Position numbers and translations under genes: made by a program
Notes under the pieces: generated by a model
The model's database searches: none
Told to the model about the DNA's origin: nothing
What the model saw: the letters and a program-made list of their open reading frames with translations, nothing else
Sequence record: LC727695.1
Strand: one strand, 5' to 3'
DNA: 64,000 nucleotides
Part shown: piece after piece, positions 9,224-17,785 of the stretch
Numbering within the stretch: position 1 is the stretch's first letter
How the letters are laid out: the number at the start of each line of letters is the position of its first letter

Positions 9224-9578
9224 GTACCATTTTAATAGTTTTCAAAAATACTTCTTGATTATTACTATCATCTGCTTTTAGAATAACAGGATGACACATA
9301 AATTCATTTTCCAATGATACTCGATAATATTCATTAATTGTCTGAATGAAATCAAGCGGGGGATAAATAATAATATCCTTATCTGTTTCGGCGTAATTAA
9401 CTACATTTGGTTCATGTTTAAATTTGGATTTATTTAATTTATAAACAAAGTATTTTATATCATTTTTATCTACTTGTGATACAAATACAATTCGTTCATA
9501 CATTGATAAATCAATATCTTTACCAATATTGATAGACAGTGGCATACCAATAAATGAGCGTTTAATATTTTCATTCAT
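9204..9578 (-). CDS. hypothetical protein (first gene after early promoter)
   Basis: 124-aa ORF, AGGT SD. Confidence 0.7.
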   Translation of the reverse strand: MNENIKRSFIGMPLSINIGKDIDLSMYERIVFVSQVDKNDIKYFVYKLNKSKFKHEPNVVNYAETDKDIIIYPPLDFIQTINEYYRVSLENEFMCHPVILKADDSNNQEVFLKTIKMVHEYVDE

Positions 9579-9617
9579 TTTTTAATTACCTATTTAATAG
9601 TTTAATGTTGTATTAGT

Positions 9618-9646
9618 GTAATATAGATTTCAAAAAAAATTTAATG
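9618..9646 (-). promoter_or_regulatory. phiKZ-type early promoter (subtype A)
   Basis: minus strand CATTAAATTTTTTTTGAAATCTATATTAC. Confidence 0.8.
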
Positions 9647-9652
9647 TAAAAG

Positions 9653-9672
9653 CCCTCTCCTTTGGGAGAGGG
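9653..9672 (-). terminator. intrinsic terminator
   Basis: CCCTCTCC-N4-GGAGAGGG plus U-tract. Confidence 0.9.
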
Positions 9673-9681
9673 TTTATGACT

Positions 9682-9789
9682 TTATTTATATTTTTTCTTA
9701 TGAGTGTGATAAATATAGCTAAATAGCATACCGATTGACATTGATACAGCTACCATACCCACATAGAAAAGTTCATTACTAAGTTGCAT
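9682..9789 (-). CDS. 35-aa membrane microprotein (not in ORF track)
   Basis: [35 protein letters not shown]; GAGG SD; lies between two terminators. Confidence 0.6.
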   Translation of the reverse strand: MQLSNELFYVGMVAVSMSIGMLFSYIYHTHKKKYK

Positions 9790-9850
9790 TAGATTTCCTC
9801 AAATAGTTTAATTTATCCCACCTAGTTTTAACCGTCCAGTCGGTTAAAAA

Positions 9851-9868
9851 GAGGACCCGAAGGTCCTC
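9851..9868 (-). terminator. intrinsic terminator, UUCG loop
   Basis: GAGGACC-UUCG-GGUCCUC-UUUUU. Confidence 0.9.
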
Positions 9869-9871
9869 TAA

Positions 9872-10111
9872 TTATTTCTTATAACTCTCAGGGCATCCCA
9901 TTTTGAGTTTGCCATCCTTTGGGTCTTCAGCGAATAATACTTCATCTGGACACTTCTTAACAGGAGTGTCCTTCGCCTTATCTTCCCATTCTACAACAGG
10001 CATTTCTAATTTCTTACGAAATTGATACGTATCATAAAGAACATACGTAATCATTCCCATAAGAGAGATTACCCATACCCATGCAACAATTAGGATGATT
10101 CTAGTTATCAT
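9872..10111 (-). CDS. small membrane-anchored protein
   Basis: N-terminal TM helix, two C-terminal Cys. Confidence 0.7.
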   Translation of the reverse strand: MITRIILIVAWVWVISLMGMITYVLYDTYQFRKKLEMPVVEWEDKAKDTPVKKCPDEVLFAEDPKDGKLKMGCPESYKK

Positions 10112-10478
10112 ACAACTCCTCGCCGACTATATTGAAACACCCATTACTGAGTTTTTCAGTCAGCATCTCACCAAGATCACTTCCCTCGCTCTTTGCCAAA
10201 AGCTTAAGTGCGGGATCAGTGAGATTTTGGTATATTACATCGACATTATCCAATGCGATATTAATAGCGAGTGCCTTATCACTCTGGTTTTTATCTATGG
10301 CAATGGATAGTTCATCTTGCAGTATTGCATACATCTCCAATGGCTCACCGCCATTAGTGTAGAATTGAACCATATTCTTTGCCAAGCTGTGCAGCACGTA
10401 GCAAGATGACACGGTTACGGGTTGTGCATTAACCGACATTGCTACCATAGTGATAATGAGCGAGAAGACGTATTTCAT
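10101..10478 (-). CDS. exported two-Cys helical protein (family member 1)
   Basis: signal peptide ending VNA; VSSC...G and C-terminal NGCFNIVG. Confidence 0.75.
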   Translation of the reverse strand: MKYVFSLIITMVAMSVNAQPVTVSSCYVLHSLAKNMVQFYTNGGEPLEMYAILQDELSIAIDKNQSDKALAINIALDNVDVIYQNLTDPALKLLAKSEGSDLGEMLTEKLSNGCFNIVGEELYDN

Positions 10479-10510
10479 CCTATTTTCCTTTTGAAAGTAT
10501 TCGATATGAA

Positions 10511-10966
10511 TTAAATGAGTTCAACAATTACCATGTGAGTGAATTTCTCACCAATATGCTTCATGCAGTAATTGCCATAATACCCGCTGATAAAAGCTGC
10601 CAGATTAGGAGTAGTCACATTGTAACCTTGACTACGGATATAATCATGGATCTCTTTACTGTTAAGGTCATTATTGATTTTATTAAGACTATTGAATACG
10701 AATGTTAACGCAATCCAATTATTGGTATCCAACTCATCTTTGAGTTTAGCAGAGTTGTTGAGCATAAGCACACCAACTTCATCTGCGCTATGACCTTCAC
10801 TCATTCGAAATACAGCTTGTTTAGTAATGGTTTCAACCATTGCACACGACTGCACAGTGAGTTGAGCATCTTTTTTACCAATCTTGATTTCAGCCATTGC
10901 GGTATTGAACATGATACCGGTAATGGCAATGAGACCAGCGAAAGCTGCTGCAATTACATTTTTCAT
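10511..10966 (-). CDS. exported two-Cys helical protein (member 2)
   Basis: signal peptide ending AMA; VQSC...EG and NYCMKHIG. Confidence 0.75.
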   Translation of the reverse strand: MKNVIAAAFAGLIAITGIMFNTAMAEIKIGKKDAQLTVQSCAMVETITKQAVFRMSEGHSADEVGVLMLNNSAKLKDELDTNNWIALTFVFNSLNKINNDLNSKEIHDYIRSQGYNVTTPNLAAFISGYYGNYCMKHIGEKFTHMVIVELI

Positions 10967-10983
10967 TTTAAATCCTTCTTCAT

Positions 10984-11367
10984 TTATTTAATGGTAAGAA
11001 TAGTAATTTTTTCAGGATTTACTGGAACTTTAATTTTAGATTTATGTTGGAGAAACTCAACAACCACCATAGACTTATCCATTTTATACACTTCACATAC
11101 TTTGACAAGCCTATCTACTACGCAACCAATTTTACCGGCATTTTGAGAAAAGAAAGATTTTGCTTTTCTAATAGCCTCGCGTTTCTCAAGCATTTCCATA
11201 TGCATATTTTCAATATGTTTATCGCGTTGAACACGATTAAACTTACGCATATGTCGTTCGATCTTACTAATTTCAGAAGAGTGTAATGAATAAGCAGCAG
11301 CTTCTTTCAGTTTCTCATATACTTCCACTGCCATTACCACGTGATCATCTTCAAAATTTCTTTTCAT
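10984..11367 (-). CDS. basic hypothetical protein, paralog of 35773-36375
   Basis: M.RN...V.M..E.Y..L...I.RH.RK.N...IR.A..FF..N. Confidence 0.7.
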   Translation of the reverse strand: MKRNFEDDHVVMAVEVYEKLKEAAAYSLHSSEISKIERHMRKFNRVQRDKHIENMHMEMLEKREAIRKAKSFFSQNAGKIGCVVDRLVKVCEVYKMDKSMVVVEFLQHKSKIKVPVNPEKITILTIK

Positions 11368-11380
11368 ATCTATGCCTTTT

Positions 11381-12175
11381 TTACTGTTTGATTAAATTTG
11401 ACACTGCTTCTTGTTTACATTGAGTATTCATCCATAATGCAATGTCTTTGGGTTCTTGTCCAGTTTCCACCATATCGATAATGATACGGGTATTACGTTG
11501 TGCTTTCTCACGGGCATTTAACATATCAGGATCATTAATAATGAATTCCCTACCCATAACTGGATCTAATCCAATATAAGCTTTAGATGCAATAGTTCTC
11601 ACCATTGCTTCATATTGATCACATCCACGTTCAGTTAATACAAGGTTATCTGCATTGGCACTACCGCCAAATAGCAAACCTAGGAATCCATAGAAAAAAG
11701 TGTGACGTATTGTCTTCCAACAAATACGCATCTCTTCATTTTTTGTATAAAGCTTTTCCCAATCAAACATTAAATAGAAACTTTCTTTTTGGATAGAAGG
11801 GTGTAACCAAATAGGTTTAATACTTACTTCAAGAAGTTTACTATTTGGATTCTTACCGATAAAGATAACTTCAACAATGGCTCGTGCTAAAGCATCTTTT
11901 TCTTTACCATTCCATCCAAATTTTATTTCATCAGCCGTAATGTAAAGACGTATTCCATCACCCACGTATTTGGGTAACCAAACAGCTTTACCTAGTTGCA
12001 CTGGAACATCATTAGGGATTCCCCCAACCATCCAGGTGGCCTTGGTGAAATGAATAGCAACATCATCATTCAACCATTTTAGAATAGCTGGCCTTACCCA
12101 ACTATCTACCAAATTACCACATGTCAATGCAGCTAGCATAGCCATGAGCATAATGACAATATAGATACTAATCAT
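11381..12175 (-). CDS. membrane protein fused to exported two-Cys domain (member 3)
   Basis: N-terminal TM; internal hydrophobic segment ending ANA then ERGC...TQC. Confidence 0.7.
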   Translation of the reverse strand: MISIYIVIMLMAMLAALTCGNLVDSWVRPAILKWLNDDVAIHFTKATWMVGGIPNDVPVQLGKAVWLPKYVGDGIRLYITADEIKFGWNGKEKDALARAIVEVIFIGKNPNSKLLEVSIKPIWLHPSIQKESFYLMFDWEKLYTKNEEMRICWKTIRHTFFYGFLGLLFGGSANADNLVLTERGCDQYEAMVRTIASKAYIGLDPVMGREFIINDPDMLNAREKAQRNTRIIIDMVETGQEPKDIALWMNTQCKQEAVSNLIKQ

Positions 12176-12178
12176 AGT

Positions 12179-12538
12179 CTACTCCAAGTTAAATTTAGTA
12201 CCAATTGCTTCAACACAATTTTCAGCTAACCTATCTAGGATAGCTCCATTGGTAAATCCTTTTCGTTTATTTACTCGAATATCAACTAAGTTTAACTTGG
12301 CATATACCGCACCTGCATAGAACTCCAAGTCATCCATATCCTTACGAGAGATCATGTCTAACTGCATCATTATCTCAAATTGGGATAGGTTCTTATCATA
12401 AAGCTCAGTTGCTTTTTGTGAAAGATTTACTGCCACATTACATGATTTCTTAGTAATACCCACTTCTACAGCGTGGGCAGGCTGACATGCAATGGACAGG
12501 ATTGGCAGGAAAAGGAATAATAGCCAATTCTTAAGCAT
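12179..12538 (-). CDS. exported two-Cys helical protein (member 4)
   Basis: signal peptide ending AHA; KKSC and ENCVEAIG. Confidence 0.75.
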   Translation of the reverse strand: MLKNWLLFLFLPILSIACQPAHAVEVGITKKSCNVAVNLSQKATELYDKNLSQFEIMMQLDMISRKDMDDLEFYAGAVYAKLNLVDIRVNKRKGFTNGAILDRLAENCVEAIGTKFNLE

Positions 12539-12550
12539 GTTGTACCTCCA

Positions 12551-12958
12551 TTATTTTAGAGTAAGTGGTTTTGCTTCAAACGCACCTGCCGCTACACAAC
12601 GCTGGAAATAACCATCAATGATGAATTTCTCAGGAGTGGTCTTATAGACTTTAGCAGCATTTGTTGCACGTGGCAAACTTGCCTCAATTGCCATTTTATC
12701 TACCTTAGACCATAGGTAAAATAGACCAGTGAGTTCTTCAACTTTAGACTGGTTGGTCTTTAGATCTTTAGTGTTATTAAGGATATAATGAATCCTTTCA
12801 TAAGTCTTCATTTGCACTTCAGTTACAGATGCACCTTTTACAAACAATTCATCTGCCTGTTTTACAAACTCGATGCATGAATCACGATTAGTGTACATGA
12901 CAGCCGAGTTAGCAGTGATAGTTACAATAGACAACATAAATGCAATTACATATTTCAT
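12551..12958 (-). CDS. exported two-Cys helical protein (member 5)
   Basis: signal peptide ending ANS/A; RDSC...KG and QRCVAAG. Confidence 0.75.
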   Translation of the reverse strand: MKYVIAFMLSIVTITANSAVMYTNRDSCIEFVKQADELFVKGASVTEVQMKTYERIHYILNNTKDLKTNQSKVEELTGLFYLWSKVDKMAIEASLPRATNAAKVYKTTPEKFIIDGYFQRCVAAGAFEAKPLTLK

Positions 12959-12984
12959 AATGAATTACCTCAAAATTAATTTTA

Positions 12985-13248
12985 TTAACTATTGGTTTCA
13001 CCACGAGTATTGAATTCTAAATCCAATACAACTTTAGTAAATTCTTCCAGTGCACCACCCTCGTAGATGAGTGGGTCACTGTCACCCCGGTACATGCTAC
13101 CTACCGGTACTTGACCACGAAACACCATCAGCATATCGTTTTTTACTATGACATGATGTTCATCCCCGACAGCAATGTCTTGGATGTGTCTCCAGCGTTC
13201 ACGCAGTAAGCTGCAAGCGCACCATACGGATTTCAAACGTTCAGTCAT
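12985..13248 (-). CDS. hypothetical protein (first gene after early promoter)
   Basis: 87-aa ORF, GAGG SD. Confidence 0.7.
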   Translation of the reverse strand: MTERLKSVWCACSLLRERWRHIQDIAVGDEHHVIVKNDMLMVFRGQVPVGSMYRGDSDPLIYEGGALEEFTKVVLDLEFNTRGETNS

Positions 13249-13281
13249 TGTATTGCCCTCTTGGTTATTAAATTCATATTT

Positions 13282-13317
13282 GTAATATAGCTTTTTAAAT
13301 AGTTTAAATACAAAAAA
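13282..13317 (-). promoter_or_regulatory. phiKZ-type early promoter (subtype B)
   Basis: minus strand TTTGTATTTAAACTATTTAAAAAGCTATATTAC. Confidence 0.8.
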
Positions 13318-13329
13318 AGATAAATAAAA

Positions 13330-13347
13330 CCCTCCCCGAAGGGAGGG
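13330..13347 (-). terminator. intrinsic terminator, UUCG loop
   Basis: CCCUCCC-UUCG-GGGAGGG-UUUUA. Confidence 0.9.
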
Positions 13348-13366
13348 TGTATATTAAGTAATTATT

Positions 13367-14023
13367 TTAACATACAATTTCATTATCAGAAAATAGTTTA
13401 TTATATTCTTTTAGTGCATCCCCACCAACCATAGTACACCTGCCATAGAGAACAGATATAGCCAGATCTTTAATAGCGGGGTGACAATTATTTAACTTAC
13501 TGATTAGTTGAGCTTTCTCAGTCAGATACAGTTCAGCAAAATCAGGCTTATCATTAACAATCGACCACATGTTTGAAATGGAATCTAGTAACTTAAGAGA
13601 TTGACCACTCCATGAAATGCGAGAAAGTCTTTCATGTTGTAAACTAATCCTAGTTTTACGATTACCTTCGTAAGTTACATTTGTTAGTTCAGTTACTAAA
13701 TTAACAACAGGGATTGAGAATAGTTTAGTTAGATCAGAAGCAGTTACAGCAGTATCCTCAATTACATCATGTAACCATGCTGCTTTATAAGCAGCGTGAG
13801 ATAGGTCGAATAATTGCGCCATCTCAGCTACTTGTAATAAATGATGCCAGTAAGGTTTTCCTGAACCATCTCGCAATTGACCAACAGCAGTATGTGCCGC
13901 AATGGCATATGATGCAGCCATTGCATTACCCGCATTGGAATATTTGCCATTACCTAGATGGTTAGTTAAGAGAATATTCTCTTTCCCTCCTTCTAGAATA
14001 TCGATAATTTCATTCATTAGCAT
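13367..14023 (-). CDS. HD-domain (p)ppGpp hydrolase-like protein (RelA/SpoT HD, Mesh1/SAH type)
   Basis: AH..QLR.GSGKPY..H, AWLHDVIEDT and KLLD.I.N motifs. Confidence 0.85.
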   Translation of the reverse strand: MLMNEIIDILEGGKENILLTNHLGNGKYSNAGNAMAASYAIAAHTAVGQLRDGSGKPYWHHLLQVAEMAQLFDLSHAAYKAAWLHDVIEDTAVTASDLTKLFSIPVVNLVTELTNVTYEGNRKTRISLQHERLSRISWSGQSLKLLDSISNMWSIVNDKPDFAELYLTEKAQLISKLNNCHPAIKDLAISVLYGRCTMVGGDALKEYNKLFSDNEIVC

Positions 14024-14053
14024 AGCTATATTCCTATTTAAATTATTGGAAAC

Positions 14054-14488
14054 CTAATATAGGTCTTCACTAAATAAATATTTAGTTACTAATCTATTTT
14101 CTAATTCAGCTCGATATAACTGATTATTATTCTTAGCGATAATTACTGCTTCTTCCCTAGAGTGGAAGTTTTCATACTGATCAATAAAACCTTGTTCATG
14201 ATCATCTCCTGCATATTCATGCAATACCTTAAGACCACCATACATTAGCTGTTGTTGAGTCATTATGATTGATGAATGCCTCGCTGCAATGAAATAAACA
14301 TCCTTCCATCTATTGCAGGCGGCAACTATCCTTAATTTCACATCGGGATGTTGTTCCCACCACCATAGACCAGTTTCCTCATTCCAATACCTTTCTTTCA
14401 TTTGAGTTTTTCTAAACTCACCTTGTATGTCTAAAAGTCTAAATGCCTCTTCTTTAGACATAGCTTGTAGAATAGGATACTTATCCAT
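14054..14488 (-). CDS. conserved phage hypothetical protein
   Basis: IVAAC...RH...EQGFIDQ...SREEA..IA...LFSEDLY pattern typical of a widespread phage family. Confidence 0.7.
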   Translation of the reverse strand: MDKYPILQAMSKEEAFRLLDIQGEFRKTQMKERYWNEETGLWWWEQHPDVKLRIVAACNRWKDVYFIAARHSSIIMTQQQLMYGGLKVLHEYAGDDHEQGFIDQYENFHSREEAVIIAKNNNQLYRAELENRLVTKYLFSEDLY

Positions 14489-14519
14489 TTAATACAGATA
14501 CCTAATTGCGAAATAGAAA

Positions 14520-14535
14520 GAGCCCCGAAGGGCTC
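14520..14535 (-). terminator. intrinsic terminator, UUCG loop
   Basis: GAGCCC-UUCG-GGGCUC-UUUC. Confidence 0.85.
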
Positions 14536-14538
14536 TTA

Positions 14539-14895
14539 TTATACAAGTAGCTTTTCAATAGTGAAGCTTGTCCAGACCATTGCCCTATAACCAACACTCT
14601 CTTCAGTATAAGTGATATCATCAAACTTATTAGGTGGCATGAAACCACGTTGTGTACTAGCATCAGTCACAACAAGATTAGAATCTTTTAAAGTTTCATT
14701 TAGAGCCTTAAGTTTATCCTTACTAATTGATCCCTTAACATGGAACTTAAAATAAGCATAGCCTTTATGATTGATACGACAACTGTCAAGAACAGTTTGT
14801 TTATCATTCATTTGACTCATCAGATCACTAATAACTGCATCATCTACAGGAGTATCATCATTGACAATATTGATTAATTCAATATAAGTTGGCAT
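14539..14895 (-). CDS. hypothetical protein
   Basis: 118-aa ORF, AAGGA SD. Confidence 0.7.
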   Translation of the reverse strand: MPTYIELINIVNDDTPVDDAVISDLMSQMNDKQTVLDSCRINHKGYAYFKFHVKGSISKDKLKALNETLKDSNLVVTDASTQRGFMPPNKFDDITYTEESVGYRAMVWTSFTIEKLLV

Positions 14896-14952
14896 TCTTT
14901 TTGTTTCCTTAATTAGATAAACTACATAAGATAATTTTTAATTGATATTCTA

Positions 14953-15849
14953 TTAAATTTTCAATAGGAACCCATTGTGATTAAATGAGATAATACAGTT
15001 ATGCCCCATCATGACAGTATGATAAGATACTATATTGTCACGTGTATTATTTGAAATCTTGTTCACCTTAAATTCATTCATGATAGCATTATGAATGGCT
15101 AAGTCTTTTTCTCGATACTGATTTGAAAAAATAATAACAGCAGGGTTAATATTGATAGTATCCATTGCATTAAGAAAATATTCAACATCAAACTTTTTAA
15201 TAGTTTCAGATTTTCCAACACAACCCTTAGTTTCATCAATTAATGAAAAACCAATAGTTCTAATTGGTTCGTCCTCATTATGGAAGTCATAATTGGTAAT
15301 GCTCATACCTATCAATAGTCCATTTTTATCTACATTAACTACTTTAGAATCAGTGTACTTATAAATATCACTGATTGCATAACCAGCCGAATACAATACA
15401 TCTTTAAAATGACTAGTTACTTTATCAATAATAAAGTTTTGATAATCTGTTTGATATAGTTTATCACTATGTTCAAGCTTTTTGATAATATCACTTAGTT
15501 CATGATACACGTTGGTAAAACTATTCGAAAAATAATTATCTTTTATTCCTAACCTAGTTAACAGATCTAGCTGGATTTCTTTTTTAGATAGTTTCGTAGA
15601 ATTACTAAGTTTTTCAATGACGGATGTAATTGTACGTAGATCAATTGCTAGTGAAAGTGATTTAAAGATATTATTAATTGGTGTATCAGATAGCTTTGAA
15701 ATAGCTATTAGTAGATTATCTAATTCATCATTAGTAATTTTCAGTTCTTTCACAATATCATTATATTCAATTAGTTTACCATCAATAATATTACAGATTA
15801 AAAGTTTATGTAATTCTTTAATAGTGGTATTAACTTGTAGATTATTCAT
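14953..15849 (-). CDS. hypothetical protein (very AT-rich)
   Basis: 298-aa ORF. Confidence 0.7.
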
Positions 15850-15869
15850 TTTTTTACCTTTTAGTTAAT

Positions 15870-16307
15870 TTAAAATTTATTTACAGCTCTAAGAAAATAT
15901 TCAGATGGATCATCGAAGAAGACAATACTATCAACAACACTATTTTGTCGAGTACACCTTACTTTGATAAGATTATATTCTCTGAATTTATTAAGCCCCC
16001 AAGCTTCTTTAGCACGATGGCGTAACCCACTACCAACAATAGCCCCATACCTAGTTTGTTCAACAAATAAATAAACATCCCAGCCATGATGATTATCATG
16101 GTATTTTGCGTAGTATTTATTGTCTTTAGTTTTGTTTAAACTAAGACTATACCTTTCTGTCTGTAGTTGATTAATATTCGATTTAATCATTTCATTTAAT
16201 TTGGGTTCCACTGTATGAATGACATCGCCAGCAGTAGTGGCCATTACCTTTAGTTTGTGATGCACGTTCGTAAGAACGTCCTCCCAAATGTTAGTAACTA
16301 CGTCCAT
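15870..16307 (-). CDS. hypothetical protein (first gene after early promoter)
   Basis: 145-aa ORF, GAGG SD. Confidence 0.7.
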   Translation of the reverse strand: MDVVTNIWEDVLTNVHHKLKVMATTAGDVIHTVEPKLNEMIKSNINQLQTERYSLSLNKTKDNKYYAKYHDNHHGWDVYLFVEQTRYGAIVGSGLRHRAKEAWGLNKFREYNLIKVRCTRQNSVVDSIVFFDDPSEYFLRAVNKF

Positions 16308-16352
16308 CTATTAAAACCTCGACACATTAATTTGATTTTGTAATACACACAT

Positions 16353-16382
16353 GTAATATATATCTCAAATAAAATTTAGTGC
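16353..16382 (-). promoter_or_regulatory. phiKZ-type early promoter (subtype A)
   Basis: minus strand CACTAAATTTTATTTGAGATATATATTAC. Confidence 0.8.
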
Positions 16383-16406
16383 AATAGCCCTCCCCGAAGG
16401 GAGGGC
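16362..16406. repeat. 45-bp direct repeat (promoter upstream element + terminator), copy 1
   Basis: ATCTCAAATAAAATTTAGTGCAATAGCCCTCCCCGAAGGGAGGGC identical to 31527-31571. Confidence 0.9.
16387..16406 (-). terminator. intrinsic terminator, UUCG loop
   Basis: GCCCUCCC-UUCG-GGGAGGGC. Confidence 0.9.
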
Positions 16407-16418
16407 CATATGCTCTTA

Positions 16419-16748
16419 TTATCGATTAACTACACGATAATTATCAATAATAAACTCGATGTACTGTTCGACATCATGTAAGAAGCAGCTGTAGCTATAC
16501 CGATCAAGTTTATTTAAAGCTTCAGTTAGAACTGGTTCGATATAGATATTTATTTCAGCTATTGATGGAATCTCAACATACTTATTTTCATATTCGGTAA
16601 GCTGCTCCTTTACCTTAGCCATTTGCTTTTTGTAAATGTATTCCATAGACCATTCTTTGTAAATGGAGCGCGCCCCATCAAAGAGATGGTAACCAAATGC
16701 AATACCACCAAGCACCAGAACACCAGTGGAAATAGATGACATATTCAT
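16419..16748 (-). CDS. membrane-anchored protein, monocistronic early unit
   Basis: N-terminal TM; GGAG SD; flanked by promoter and terminator. Confidence 0.7.
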   Translation of the reverse strand: MNMSSISTGVLVLGGIAFGYHLFDGARSIYKEWSMEYIYKKQMAKVKEQLTEYENKYVEIPSIAEINIYIEPVLTEALNKLDRYSYSCFLHDVEQYIEFIIDNYRVVNR

Positions 16749-16784
16749 GACATATCTCCTTTTTTCAAGATTGAATTCATATGT

Positions 16785-16820
16785 GTAATATACTGTTTAA
16801 ATATGTTTGAATACAAAAAA
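16785..16820 (-). promoter_or_regulatory. phiKZ-type early promoter (subtype B)
   Basis: minus strand TTTGTATTCAAACATATTTAAACAGTATATTAC. Confidence 0.8.
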
Positions 16821-16832
16821 ACACAATATAAA

Positions 16833-16850
16833 ACCTCCCCGAAGGGAGGT
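16833..16850 (-). terminator. intrinsic terminator, UUCG loop
   Basis: ACCUCCC-UUCG-GGGAGGU-UUUA. Confidence 0.9.
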
Positions 16851-16877
16851 ATTTATGGTAACTTTGTAAAAGACTTA

Positions 16878-17360
16878 TTATAGTTGAAAGTCTTTATCTT
16901 CTTCAATGATTTCATAACCTGGTGAATTAACTATATTTTTATTTAAACGAACTCGTTCATCTACTAAGTGTTTAACTACTTTAAGTAATTGACTTATTGA
17001 CAGGTCATTATTTTCATCGGTATCTGATTTAAAAATACGACCACTGGTAGGTGAAGCATTTGTAAAACTAATACCTTCATTATCTTTATAAATATCATAA
17101 TACCATACGACATATGGACTATTGGTATTACTTATGACAAATACTAAAAATAGATCTTCATCATCACCTTGACCACACAGGATCCCGATATTTTTCCGAT
17201 GTGTTATACCACCTGTAATAATCAGGCCATCAGCATCACCACCGAATTTAAATATATCATAACCACCTTCAAGTTTACCATTTTCAAAATACTGTAATAG
17301 TGCACCACCTACCACAGCACCCCATGAAAAGAAGTTATCTTTGTTTAGAAACTCAATCAT
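16878..17360 (-). CDS. hypothetical protein
   Basis: 160-aa ORF. Confidence 0.7.
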   Translation of the reverse strand: MIEFLNKDNFFSWGAVVGGALLQYFENGKLEGGYDIFKFGGDADGLIITGGITHRKNIGILCGQGDDEDLFLVFVISNTNSPYVVWYYDIYKDNEGISFTNASPTSGRIFKSDTDENNDLSISQLLKVVKHLVDERVRLNKNIVNSPGYEIIEEDKDFQL

Positions 17361-17361
17361 C

Positions 17362-17544
17362 TTAAAAATCCTCTTTAGGTTCAGTGATTCGAGAATAAAG
17401 AATAAACATATCGGTTAGGATATTTCTATCTAGTTCATAATTATCTTTAATACTTAATTGAATAGTTCCATATTTAACATTGGCACGTGTAAATAAGATT
17501 CCATATTGAAATATACCTGTAGTACACAAATTATAAAACAACAT
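17362..17544 (-). CDS. hypothetical protein
   Basis: 60-aa ORF abutting a terminator; start uncertain. Confidence 0.4.
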   Translation of the reverse strand: MLFYNLCTTGIFQYGILFTRANVKYGTIQLSIKDNYELDRNILTDMFILYSRITEPKEDF

Positions 17545-17546
17545 AA

Positions 17547-17575
17547 AAAGAGAGAGGAATTTATCCTCTCTCTTT
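17547..17575 (-). terminator. intrinsic terminator
   Basis: AAAGAGAGAGGA-N5-TCCTCTCTCTTT. Confidence 0.85.
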
Positions 17576-17591
17576 ATGCAACTAAATAGTT

Positions 17592-17714
17592 TTATTCTTT
17601 TTGCTTTTCTTTAGCTTCACGTTTAGCTTTGAGTTCTGCATTATTAAGCCGCCAAGCAGCTTGCATAGTAGCTAGATTGACAAACTTAGGCTGTTGCTTA
17701 TTTTTAACTTTCAT
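17592..17714 (-). CDS. 40-aa basic microprotein (not in ORF track)
   Basis: MKVKNKQQPKFVNLATMQAAWRLNNAELKAKREAKEKQKE; ends just before a terminator. Confidence 0.55.
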   Translation of the reverse strand: MKVKNKQQPKFVNLATMQAAWRLNNAELKAKREAKEKQKE

Positions 17715-17785
17715 TTGCTAATTCCAAATTTATTTCGAATGGTTAATTTAAACTATTAAATTGCTTCATATTCTTCATGCATAAT

